Positions 18,837-27,259 of a stretch of 64,000 bases of DNA are shown here, piece after piece. How positions within the stretch are numbered: position 1 is the first letter of the stretch; every line of letters begins with the position of its first letter. Position numbers and translations under genes: made by a program. The notes below the pieces were generated by a model that saw only the letters and a list, made by a program, of their open reading frames with translations, was not told the origin of the DNA and ran no database searches. Origin of the DNA: a virus (lineage: Duplodnaviria > Heunggongvirae > Uroviricota > Caudoviricetes); IMG/VR virus record IMGVR_UViG_3300006217_000016, positions 6,503-70,502 of that record; one strand, written 5' to 3'.

Positions 18837-18911
18837 TGGCTGGGGTGACTGGATTCGAACCAGCGAATGAGGGAGTCAAAGTCCCTTGCCTTGCCGCTTG
18901 GCGACACCCCA
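18837..18911 (-). tRNA. tRNA-Gln (UUG)
   Basis: U1-A72 acceptor (TGGGGTG/CACCCCA). Anticodon loop CTTTGAC. T-loop TTCGAAT. CCA encoded. Confidence 0.7.
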
Positions 18912-18946
18912 ATATTGGGAGCGGTCGAATTGACCGCTCCGTAGGA

Positions 18947-19621
18947 CTATACAAGCATTACCTTATTGTATAAGGCAATGAATTGATCATTCATAATTTT
19001 GTCGATATGGTAGTGTCCAAAATACCAACGTTTGAACTGAAGGTCAACCATAATACGCTCCAGATAGCTTACGAGCGGATCATTTTCATACCAATCTGCA
19101 ATCATGGTCTGAATGCTTCTTGGCGCACAGTGCGTTAACACATAATCAACAGACCATCCGTTGTTATCAAGCGCGTTGATCCCCCGTTCCATCTCTTCCA
19201 TAGATGGCATTTCGTCTTTCCACCAAGAAATATGTTCTGTACGATATTCTTTGTCATGAGATCTTGCACCGCCCATCACAAAGAACCTTTGCCCGTCGAT
19301 GGTCAGAACTTGTCCTCTCTCCAGATGGTAAATATTTGGCGCTATTTCTCGGACTTTACCACCGAACTTATCTTGAAGCGAAAATTTGCGGAGGATATCA
19401 AAATTCTCATGGTTCCCATCGATCCAGAGCGTGGTGAAGTTTTTACCCGCGAGCCATTTTTTCCACCATATCTCTCGTGTAGAACCGTCCCATATGAGCC
19501 CAAAATCCCCACAGACAATTAAATAATCCTTCTTAGTGAGCGATTTTTGCATCGGGAAGTTCTTGACAGACAACTTTTTTATGTCAATGTCCGCATGAGT
19601 ATCCCCTGTCACATAGATCAT
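18947..19621 (-). CDS. Calcineurin-like metallophosphoesterase
   Basis: Motifs VTGDTHAD, VCGDFG, GNHENF. Confidence 0.7.
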   Translation of the reverse strand: MIYVTGDTHADIDIKKLSVKNFPMQKSLTKKDYLIVCGDFGLIWDGSTREIWWKKWLAGKNFTTLWIDGNHENFDILRKFSLQDKFGGKVREIAPNIYHLERGQVLTIDGQRFFVMGGARSHDKEYRTEHISWWKDEMPSMEEMERGINALDNNGWSVDYVLTHCAPRSIQTMIADWYENDPLVSYLERIMVDLQFKRWYFGHYHIDKIMNDQFIALYNKVMLV

Positions 19622-19899
19622 TTTGAACCTCCAAGCATACGCATAAAGCTGTCTTCCTCAATGTCGATGGTTCCTTCTGGTTCATACAGCCTGATCTCAT
19701 TGCGTCCAACATACCATCCAAGTCCATGCTTGCAAGTATGTCCGCAGTCGTGTCCTCTTTGGATGGGCTTACCCCAATTAACACCAATATTATCTGATAC
19801 CCTGCATACTGTGCCAAGGTCGCCTATCTTGATATCAGGATTGCCGTCTGGATGATTACGAATAGCTTCGACACAATCTCCTACTTGAAATTCCATCAC
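19618..19899 (-). CDS. Small protein P2 of the C-terminal-tail family (GHDCxxxC...GWYV core; ends EEDSFMRMLGGSK)
   Basis: Paralogous to P3. Preceded on the sense strand by G8-TGA-CAAAGCGTG. Confidence 0.5.
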   Translation of the reverse strand: MMEFQVGDCVEAIRNHPDGNPDIKIGDLGTVCRVSDNIGVNWGKPIQRGHDCGHTCKHGLGWYVGRNEIRLYEPEGTIDIEEDSFMRMLGGSK

Positions 19900-20191
19900 G
19901 CTTTGTCACCCCCCCCGCACGGAGAGCGACACCAAGGAAGGAGTTCTCGTCGATATCTTCAACATCATCTTCGTACGGCCTGATATATCTCGTATGGACA
20001 TACCACCCGTGGCCGTACTCACAATTTCCGGAGCAATCATGTCCTTCACCTAATTCATTATCCCAATCGACACCAACATGATCTCCGTCAATATCGCACA
20101 CCGTTCCAGTATCGCCAACCATGATATAGTCACTCTCATCTGGGTTGTTGACGATAGCTTCTACTCGATCTCCAATTTGATACCTTGCCAT
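19856..20191 (-). CDS. Small protein P3 (paralog of P2). As sequenced, reads through a G8 tract into P2. A 7-G tract would end it at ...LRAGG-stop.
   Basis: Start placed at MARYQIGDRVEAIV (RBS AAAGGGTGG), homologous to the P2 N-terminus. An alternative upstream ATG at 20269 has no SD. Confidence 0.45.
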   Translation of the reverse strand: MARYQIGDRVEAIVNNPDESDYIMVGDTGTVCDIDGDHVGVDWDNELGEGHDCSGNCEYGHGWYVHTRYIRPYEDDVEDIDENSFLGVALRAGGVTKRDGISSRRLCRSYS

Positions 20192-20644
20192 GGATACCAC
20201 CCTTTCGTGAAAGTCTGGCGCAATACTTAAAACCTGTGTTTTATCCCATACATAATAGCCATACTGCATGGGATGGCAAAAGGACGCTGAACTCGGGATT
20301 TTCCACTACCTCTTATTTCAAATAAATACTCGGATCAGCGTCCTAAAGTCCTTGAAATACGCACTTTGTTGTTTGTGATCTGCATTATATCTCGGCAGGC
20401 TACGAGGAGGGCTCCCTGCATCCGGATACAGCTCCCGGTTACTGCTGTCATCTGGTTTGGAATGATGTCGTGTGTCTGTGGGTTCCTGACATCGGGTGCC
20501 GAACTCCTTGAGTCTCAGTGTGTTGGCGGGTTTGGTGACCTTTGTCCTGATGGCCCCTGTGCGGGTCGGCGCCTGAGCAGGTGGTCGTCGGCTGCCGCGG
20601 GATCTCTGATCGCACGCACTGCGGCCGCCAAGCCGTCATCCTCC

Positions 20645-20681
20645 ACCCAACCATTCGTTACTCTGATTTACAATACAGAGT
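20645..20681. repeat. Conserved hairpin repeat, copy B, with upstream block CCACCCAACCATTCGTT
   Basis: ACTCTG-ATTTACAATA-CAGAGT, about 40 nt after the stop at 20720. Confidence 0.65.
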
Positions 20682-20719
20682 TTAAGTCTTTCGACTTAAA
20701 ATACATCGCAACAACAAAG

Positions 20720-21271
20720 TTATTTTATATGCACAATATATCGCCCGCCGGTCGGCGGCTCTTGCTCAACGACCCGAAAACCAACAGAAGAATACTGATC
20801 CCAAACCTGTCCCCAGTTGATATAGTCGGTCAGCACGTCTTTACTGAGGGTGTCAAGCATCTCGTCTGTAACACCGTGGTCAAACGGCACTTTGAGTTCA
20901 GTCGCCAGATAACAAGCTGCGGTCTCCTTTGCGTTCATCGCCCAATGAAGATCAGATATGTCCTCGAACATAAAATCGTTTTCTTTCAGCTTACGCACAA
21001 ATTCCGGATCGAACAGGTCACCAGAAGACGAAGCTTCCATCAGAACCTTCAAATAATCTTCCGTCATCCCAGGATTTTCGCTGTTGATATCATCCAGTAT
21101 ATCGTTCAATCCACTGATATCGTCGTTTCGGCTGATTGGAATGTTGGGCGTGGTGGACAGAATAATGTAATCATAATGATTCTCTAATTCTGCCCGCAGA
21201 TTACATGGCAGTACAATGACTTTGGATTCGCCGCAATCCAAATCACTGACTTCGACTGCCAGTTGAATCAT
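20720..21271 (-). CDS. Hypothetical protein downstream of the RT
   Basis: Start at MIQLAVEV with RBS GAGGTGG. The ORF extends upstream to 21298. Confidence 0.5.
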   Translation of the reverse strand: MIQLAVEVSDLDCGESKVIVLPCNLRAELENHYDYIILSTTPNIPISRNDDISGLNDILDDINSENPGMTEDYLKVLMEASSSGDLFDPEFVRKLKENDFMFEDISDLHWAMNAKETAACYLATELKVPFDHGVTDEMLDTLSKDVLTDYINWGQVWDQYSSVGFRVVEQEPPTGGRYIVHIK

Positions 21272-21555
21272 ATCAACCACCTCTTTCATGCTTTGCATAA
21301 ACTTTGTAATCTACCATAAGGGATAGGAAGCTGGCCATGGTTTCCTCCAGAGAGGTGAGTCTGGGAATGTCATCTCGTGTGTTCCCGGCTGTCCGAACTG
21401 GTGTCAGGTTTCAGGAATTTTTGTGACGGAGTTCCTGCTGATTTCCTGGCGAAATGTGCAGTTCGGTAATAGTTCCGTTCTTCGTGATGTTGGTAAGGGT
21501 GTTTAGCATCTCCTGCTGCCGTCGCGGCCGGCAGCACTGCGCAGCCTGGCAGGCT

Positions 21556-21598
21556 CCCTTCTCCCAGCCATTCGTTACTCTGATTTACAATACAGAGT
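21556..21598. repeat. Conserved hairpin repeat, copy C, with upstream block CCCTTCTCCCAGCCATTCGTT
   Basis: ACTCTG-ATTTACAATA-CAGAGT, about 45 nt after the RT stop. Confidence 0.65.
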
Positions 21599-21643
21599 GC
21601 CTTTTGAGGAACAAAAGGCTATACATTACAAAATTTTGCTTAT

Positions 21644-22783
21644 TTATGCGGCCAAATCCTCATGGATGGTACGCATTACGTCCGTTTGATATTTTTCGTT
21701 GTTGTACTTGATGACCTCGTCAACATACTTTTCTTCAACCATCCGGTAGTAGTTGATAAGGCCGCGCAAAACCTGAACATCGTGCAGTTCCCAGACAATT
21801 CCGTTCTTACGGTCGAGGATGTAGTTGCTGATCATTGCACGAAAACGCTGCTTGTTCTTGTGACCGATGGTGATCTCATTGTCCTTATTGAGCATGAGCC
21901 CGAGGTTCCAATTACTGCCGGCTCTGGAACCATACCTCGTCTTCTCATCCTTGATCTTGAACGGCGCATGGAAATCATCCAGCGTCTGATTGATGAAGTC
22001 GATGACCTTATTGTAGTCAAACTCTCTCCGGCTTGAAATTAGAGAGTCGTCTGCGTATCTGGTGTAAACGAACGACTGCCCGTTAAAATCACGCAGGGTA
22101 TTGTATACCTTGTGATCAAGGGGGATCATCATCAGATTTGTGAGCATCGGAGAAATCGGCGTGCCCTGCGGCAATCCGCCATGAAGAAAACAGAGGTTGA
22201 GTGCCTTGTCCAGTGCTGCTCTGCCCCGTTCTGACTTGACAATCTCGCTGAACGGGAAAATCAAAGAGAGCGAATACCGAAGGAATACCAGCGTTGTGTC
22301 CCCAAAAAAGTTCGAGAAATCCGTCTTTAAGAACCAATGACTGTCATTCCTCTGGTGACGTTTGATGGCGTCAATGGTGGAACGATTCTTAACATAGGCA
22401 AAGGCGGAGGTGTGGTACAGCGCAAACATCTTGGTCTCAAACAAAGTCTTCAGATTCCGAAGCGCCGTCATCAGTTCTGGCACAGGGGCATTGATCTCAC
22501 GCAGGCCGCCGGACTTCTTCGGAATATGGAATGTGGTATAGAGGGCTTCTCTCGGAACGGCATACAGCTCGGCATTTTGTTCGCAAAAACTCTCCAGAGC
22601 GGAGACCATACCGGCGAAATCGAACCGATCCAGAAACTGTGGCTTGAGTCGCTGTGCGAAATGCGTTCTGGTATTGGTGCTGTTTGAAGTTATCATAGAC
22701 TGCATGTTGACCTCACCAGATATGATTTCCTCAAATGATATCTGATGGTATGCAGGCGATTGCATGACGGTTATGTATGGCAT
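21644..22783 (-). CDS. Reverse transcriptase, retron/group-II-like (QGxxxSP and YADD motifs), 379 aa
   Basis: Motifs IPKKSGGLREINAP (RT1), FLKTDFSNFF (RT3), LPQGTPISP (RT4), YTRYADD (RT5). RBS AGGAGG upstream. Confidence 0.85.
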   Translation of the reverse strand: MPYITVMQSPAYHQISFEEIISGEVNMQSMITSNSTNTRTHFAQRLKPQFLDRFDFAGMVSALESFCEQNAELYAVPREALYTTFHIPKKSGGLREINAPVPELMTALRNLKTLFETKMFALYHTSAFAYVKNRSTIDAIKRHQRNDSHWFLKTDFSNFFGDTTLVFLRYSLSLIFPFSEIVKSERGRAALDKALNLCFLHGGLPQGTPISPMLTNLMMIPLDHKVYNTLRDFNGQSFVYTRYADDSLISSRREFDYNKVIDFINQTLDDFHAPFKIKDEKTRYGSRAGSNWNLGLMLNKDNEITIGHKNKQRFRAMISNYILDRKNGIVWELHDVQVLRGLINYYRMVEEKYVDEVIKYNNEKYQTDVMRTIHEDLAA

Positions 22784-23079
22784 ATTTTTAATACCTCCTG
22801 ATGTCTGTATTCTGGTATACAGTAGGTTGAGGAATTCAGGATGCGATGGGTACTTGAGAGCTGGGACTGAGTGCGGGCTCGGTGGGTAATCTGGTGAGTG
22901 ATTTGCGGCGGTCCGATGGTTCTTGGGGTCGCCATCTGTCTTCCTGTTTGCTGTCCGTCACCTTTCTGGTCGAGATGTCAAGAGTTCTTTGCGTATTTGG
23001 AGCAGTAGAAAACAGTTTATTTATTACCTCTTGACCTCGGTGGCGGGCAGGCGCCTTCAGATTCCGCCTCCGGGCGGGG

Positions 23080-23124
23080 TGTCCCTTCTCCCAGCCATGC
23101 GCAACTCTGATTTACAATACAGAG
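23080..23124. repeat. Conserved hairpin repeat, copy D, with upstream block CCCTTCTCCCAGCCATGCGCA
   Basis: CTCTG-ATTTACAATA-CAGAG in the RT upstream spacer. Confidence 0.65.
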
Positions 23125-23227
23125 CACCCTCAGAATAACTCTGAAAGTAATGCAATACAGACTATATGGAAGGGGCAGCGGCAACCAAAGCCACTGCCCC
23201 TATAGAACTATCGTAAAACGTGATGCC

Positions 23228-23899
23228 TTACACGGCGATCACGTCGAATTCAAAAGCATCCACAAGAATCATCTTGCGGAGTTTCTCGCCCTTCACGAAG
23301 TTGATGAAGTTGGCTACGCCGTAGGCAACGATCGTTCGCACCGTCGGAACAACCGACAGTGTGATATTGCAGGCAGAAACGGGCGTCGCCTCTTTTGCCT
23401 CATCATGAGAGAACGCCATGCTGTCGATAAAGTTCTCCACCATCTTCTTGTCGCTCCAGTCAGCGGCATAGTGCTGGGCGTCCGTCAGCCGCATCCGGAA
23501 GTCGAACATCCCCTTGACGAACGTGTTCTCCTTACAGGAGGTGGCGATCTCCCGGCGGAGGTCAATGTTGTCCACCGCCAGGAACACATAACCGGAGAGA
23601 CGCTGGCCTGTCCAGCCCTCTTTGACCAGCTTCAGATCGGGGGCGCAGTCCGGATTGATCTCGGTGAGATACTCAGCCAAAGCATCAACCTTGGCCTTGC
23701 CGATATCCGTATTCCGGAACATCTGGTTGGCAATGTTGTGGGCTTCTACGGTATCGAAGTCATACAGCGTGATTTTCGTAATGCCGAACCGCACCAGATT
23801 CTCAGCGACCGTGGAACCAATCGCTCCACAGCCGATGATATGAATCCGCGATTCGAGCATATCCGGCTTGAAGAATTCGTAGGACTTCGCCAAATCCAT
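23228..23899 (-). CDS. E1-like ThiF/MoeB-family protein
   Basis: Rossmann motif IHIIGCGAIGSTVAENL followed by YDFDTVEAHNIANQ. RBS AAAGGAGAG. Confidence 0.65.
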   Translation of the reverse strand: MDLAKSYEFFKPDMLESRIHIIGCGAIGSTVAENLVRFGITKITLYDFDTVEAHNIANQMFRNTDIGKAKVDALAEYLTEINPDCAPDLKLVKEGWTGQRLSGYVFLAVDNIDLRREIATSCKENTFVKGMFDFRMRLTDAQHYAADWSDKKMVENFIDSMAFSHDEAKEATPVSACNITLSVVPTVRTIVAYGVANFINFVKGEKLRKMILVDAFEFDVIAV

Positions 23900-23916
23900 T
23901 GTTTGTCTCTCCTTTC

Positions 23917-24789
23917 TTACTGTCCGAGGTATAGGCGGTCATAGGGATCGTCTTCGTCGAATTGGTAGTCGGAAAAGGACCGGCCAATGCCGGTATCACC
24001 TCCGTTTACCTTCGGTTTTGTTTTGACTCCGACGACGCTCGCACCGGCCGTCGCCGCCGGCGTTGTTGTCTGACTGATGGGTGTGACGACCCGCGTCTGC
24101 GTCTGCTGATAGGTTCCCTGAAAACCGGTGACAGGCTTATAGGTTCTGTTGGTGACGATCTCCTTGGCGCTGCTGATGAAAGCCTGAAGATCCACGCCGA
24201 CATCTCCAATATACACATCAACATCTGCCGTGTCGTACAGGGTGTTGTTCTTCAGATCGAAGATGCGGACAAAGTGCTCGTACCGCTTGTTCCAGATCAT
24301 GAAGATGTAGTAGTCGTCATCGGAGATTTGCTCCAGAATCTTCTCCTGGTGAGTTGTGTCCACACCAGAGGGAGACACGCCCATATTGACGTGGCTGTGT
24401 CCTTGCATCCGGATGTTATTGAACACATCATCATCAAAGGAGTAAAGCCACGTCTGGTACGCCTCTTGATCGGTGTTGACCGTTGCGCCGGTAACAACCT
24501 GCGGGTATACCAAAATGTCGGTGATGTGGAAGATGGACGGATCCTGCTCATCACGGTGAACCACGCCGTGCCACGCGACCTCGTCGTTGAACTGCTGAAT
24601 GAGCGAGTTCATCTTGGCGAAGGCAATCGAGGACAGGTAGACAGTTGCCCGGTCGTCATCGCCCTCCCACTTGAACGTCCGGCTGTATTCCAGCTTTCCG
24701 TCAAACATCTTGGTGGACTTCACCTTTGCGATGAACTCCTCCTGAATTTTTTGCAGCAGCTCGTCCGTGAGCTTAATGGGCTTACTCAT
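23917..24789 (-). CDS. JAB/MPN (JAMM) metallopeptidase-domain protein
   Basis: JAMM motif HSHVNMGVSPSGVD (HxHx7Sx2D) with upstream acidic residues. Start at MSKP with AGGAGGAGAG upstream. The longer ORF begins with a K/R-rich stretch. Confidence 0.65.
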   Translation of the reverse strand: MSKPIKLTDELLQKIQEEFIAKVKSTKMFDGKLEYSRTFKWEGDDDRATVYLSSIAFAKMNSLIQQFNDEVAWHGVVHRDEQDPSIFHITDILVYPQVVTGATVNTDQEAYQTWLYSFDDDVFNNIRMQGHSHVNMGVSPSGVDTTHQEKILEQISDDDYYIFMIWNKRYEHFVRIFDLKNNTLYDTADVDVYIGDVGVDLQAFISSAKEIVTNRTYKPVTGFQGTYQQTQTRVVTPISQTTTPAATAGASVVGVKTKPKVNGGDTGIGRSFSDYQFDEDDPYDRLYLGQ

Positions 24790-26275
24790 GGCTCTCCTCC
24801 TGTTCTTTTTCTTTCTTCGCCTTGACATCTTGTTCCTCCAACCACAATACGGCCTCAAACGGCGTCTTGGTCGTACCGTCGGGCATTTCGATTACCTTAC
24901 CGATCCTGTTCGAGAACAGCAACTGCGTCATCTTGCCGGTTGTTGCGCTCTCCTGAACATTGACGCTCTTTGCCGACTGAACACAAGCAGCTACCGCGCC
25001 GACATAATCCCGGTTACGCATAGATTGGCGAATTGTCGCCTCATTTCCACCAAGGCAGTGAAACGCCTGGATGTGCTGGTTCGGCGTGTGATCCATGATG
25101 ATATCCGACGGGAAATCGTATCCGCTAATCCCGGCGTACCTGCCGTTATCGAAGTTCAGCGAATATGCGGCGCAAATGCGAATCTTCATCGTCTCTTTGA
25201 CGAAAATCTCCGTCATCAGACGCTTAATGCGCTCTACCGTCATATTTTCGTTGTCACGATATTCATAGATGTAGCTACGGTTATTCTGAATGACGGACTC
25301 CGCTGCGTCAGGATCGAAGTTTGCAACCGTGGTGGTTACAATGAACTTGATTTCGCCATTGTATACGCTGACCAGATGCAGCGAATTGTTGCATAGGAAG
25401 TAGTCCAAAAGCTCGCTGCTCTCCGCGCCGCCTCCGTGTGTGATTTTATCGACCAGACCGCACTCCTGCGTTCTCAGGTCGTCCATCTGCTGGTAGTAAT
25501 TGGAGAAAGTGCTCTCCAAATCACGCATCCTGCGATCCATATCGTTGATCTGGCTGCGGACGGACTCCAGCTTCCGGCGGTCAAAGTGTGTTTCAAAGCC
25601 GGTCAACTGATTGCGGATAACCTGTGACCGGAAGTCAAACCGCTTGGCGAACTCCTGAATCTTCGTTTCATAGCTGGGGGCGTAACGCTTTGTGAGCGTC
25701 TTGACGATCTCAATCTCCTCGTCAGTCATCGGATTGGACTCGAAGTACCACGGGAAGTAGCGGGAAATCAGAGACTCCAGCATGTGCCACCGCTTCATGT
25801 TCATCTTTTCCGTGAAGATGATGGTGTTGCGGTACTCCTCGTTCACATAGACCTTGGCGCGGAACTTTGCGTCGCTCTCAATCCATGCGGACAGATCCGC
25901 CAGGAGCTTGTATCCAGAGACTGTCTTTGGAACACCTTCAACGAGTTTCTCGAAGCAGGTTGTGTTGCTCTCGTCGCTCCCCTCAAATGAATGGATGAGC
26001 AAAATGCCGGTTGAACCATCCATAATCGGAGTTCGGTTAAAGAAAGCCCTGACGCAGTCTCTCGGAGACGAGCCAGATAACTGCCCGGAACTGTAGTCTG
26101 TGCTTTTATATCGCAGTGTGATTGACTCCTCTTTCGGAACCCTGCTATACAGCAAAGCTCTCAAGGTCGCAACGAACGACTCGTCATTGCGGAACTTATC
26201 TCCGCCGATATTCGGGAATACGGTCGATGCGATCTCATTGGTGAGAGTCAGACCAGTGATTTCTTTTGAGAACAT
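24782..26275 (-). CDS. Large protein with a C-terminal UBC/E2-like signature
   Basis: C-terminal stretch YDFPSDIIMDHTPNQHIQAFHCLGG resembles the UBC HPN...Cys active-site region. RBS AAAAGGAG. Overlaps the JAB start by 8 nt. Confidence 0.45.
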   Translation of the reverse strand: MFSKEITGLTLTNEIASTVFPNIGGDKFRNDESFVATLRALLYSRVPKEESITLRYKSTDYSSGQLSGSSPRDCVRAFFNRTPIMDGSTGILLIHSFEGSDESNTTCFEKLVEGVPKTVSGYKLLADLSAWIESDAKFRAKVYVNEEYRNTIIFTEKMNMKRWHMLESLISRYFPWYFESNPMTDEEIEIVKTLTKRYAPSYETKIQEFAKRFDFRSQVIRNQLTGFETHFDRRKLESVRSQINDMDRRMRDLESTFSNYYQQMDDLRTQECGLVDKITHGGGAESSELLDYFLCNNSLHLVSVYNGEIKFIVTTTVANFDPDAAESVIQNNRSYIYEYRDNENMTVERIKRLMTEIFVKETMKIRICAAYSLNFDNGRYAGISGYDFPSDIIMDHTPNQHIQAFHCLGGNEATIRQSMRNRDYVGAVAACVQSAKSVNVQESATTGKMTQLLFSNRIGKVIEMPDGTTKTPFEAVLWLEEQDVKAKKEKEQEESHE

Positions 26276-26364
26276 AGCCTGCTCCTTTTCTGAAAGATTT
26301 AAGGGCTCCCACCGCTCAGATGGGAGCCCTCGGCCCTATGTATAGGGGACTGCGGTGGGTCTGA

Positions 26365-26619
26365 TCAGGCGTTGTCAGCCTTGACGACGGAGATCAGGAA
26401 GCACTTGTCGTGGCCGGGCTCGCCGGTGTAGCCCATCTCGGCGAAGGTCTGATCCAGCTTGGCACCGGTGACGGTCTCGCCGTCCAGGGACAGCATACCC
26501 ACGGAGTAGTCGATGCCGGTCTCGCCCTGGGTGCTCTCCAGAGCCTGGCGGATGGTGGTGTTGGGGTTCAGGTTGAAACGGGCGCGCTTCAGGTTGTTAC
26601 CGATAGTGACGTTAATCAT
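26365..26619 (-). CDS. Small beta-grasp-like (ThiS/MoaD/Ubl-like) candidate, 84 aa, no terminal GG
   Basis: Length and hydrophobic pattern resemble a beta-grasp fold. Ends KADNA. RBS AAGGAGAA. Confidence 0.35.
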   Translation of the reverse strand: MINVTIGNNLKRARFNLNPNTTIRQALESTQGETGIDYSVGMLSLDGETVTGAKLDQTFAEMGYTGEPGHDKCFLISVVKADNA

Positions 26620-26706
26620 GATTCATTCTCCTTCTTATTCAAAAAATTTTGGGTTGACAGGTTTGTGTTGCCGGGCGGGGATTTCCCCGCCCGGACTTAG
26701 CCATCC

Positions 26707-27108
26707 TTAGATGACGGTGATGTTAGCCATGACCTCGGCGTTCTCAGCCTCGACCTCGGCCAGGGCATCGTCGATGCCGGCCTCCACCTTGTTCAGGCGA
26801 ACCACGGCCTTGCCGACCAGCTTGGCAGCATAGTCGATCACGTTCTCAGTCCCAGCGGGGACGGGAATCGTGATGGTGGCCAGCTTCGCCTCGTCGTGGG
26901 TCTCGGAGGCGAAAGTCGCGCCGTTCTGGTTGATGCTGCCGGCAGCAGCGGCGGTCTCCACGCGGAAGATTTCCTCCTTCTTACCGTTCTCATCGGTCTC
27001 GATGAGACGAAGAGCCTTCGGGCGGTACTCCTCCAGCGTCTTCAGAGCCTTGAGGCTCTTGCCGCTGGTGACGATGATCGCGTCACCAGCAATGGTGATC
27101 TTTGCCAT
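26707..27108 (-). CDS. Hypothetical protein (start at MAKITIAGD)
   Basis: The upstream extension of the ORF would translate the poly-G tract and terminator. RBS AAAGGATG. Confidence 0.45.
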   Translation of the reverse strand: MAKITIAGDAIIVTSGKSLKALKTLEEYRPKALRLIETDENGKKEEIFRVETAAAAGSINQNGATFASETHDEAKLATITIPVPAGTENVIDYAAKLVGKAVVRLNKVEAGIDDALAEVEAENAEVMANITVI

Positions 27109-27221
27109 ACTGATACATCCTTTCTGTTCGGGCTTTGCCCTTAATATGTACCCCGTTTGCTCACCCCCCCCCATCGGGGGCTCCCCAGCCTGAACCACGA
27201 GGAGGTGGGGCCGATCAGGCC

Positions 27222-27254
27222 GCAAAGAACCCCGTAACTTTTCAGCTACGGGGC
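27222..27254 (-). terminator. Rho-independent terminator after P4
   Basis: CCCCGUA-GCUGAAAAGU-UACGGGG hairpin followed by UUCUUU on the minus strand. Confidence 0.6.
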
Positions 27255-27259
27255 TCTTG

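Noticed and set aside
19909-19916. Poly-G tracts as nothing more than Shine-Dalgarno variants
   Set aside because: Only partly rejected. At P5/P4 the equivalent sequence is a canonical GGGAGGTGA SD, so an SD role is real. However, the same G8-12 TGACA motif also occurs away from start codons (27164, 39771, 40776), so a second role as a boundary or recombination motif is retained as a finding.
21644-22783. Diversity-generating retroelement (DGR) interpretation of the RT
   Set aside because: The RT has the QGxxxSP motif-4 signature of retron/group-II RTs rather than the DGR variant. The repeated elements are short hairpins, not a 100-150 bp TR/VR pair with adenine-specific differences.
16241-23135. 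CRISPR array interpretation of the hairpin repeats
   Set aside because: Copies are 200 bp to 1.5 kb apart, separated by genes, with no regular repeat-spacer periodicity and no cas genes.
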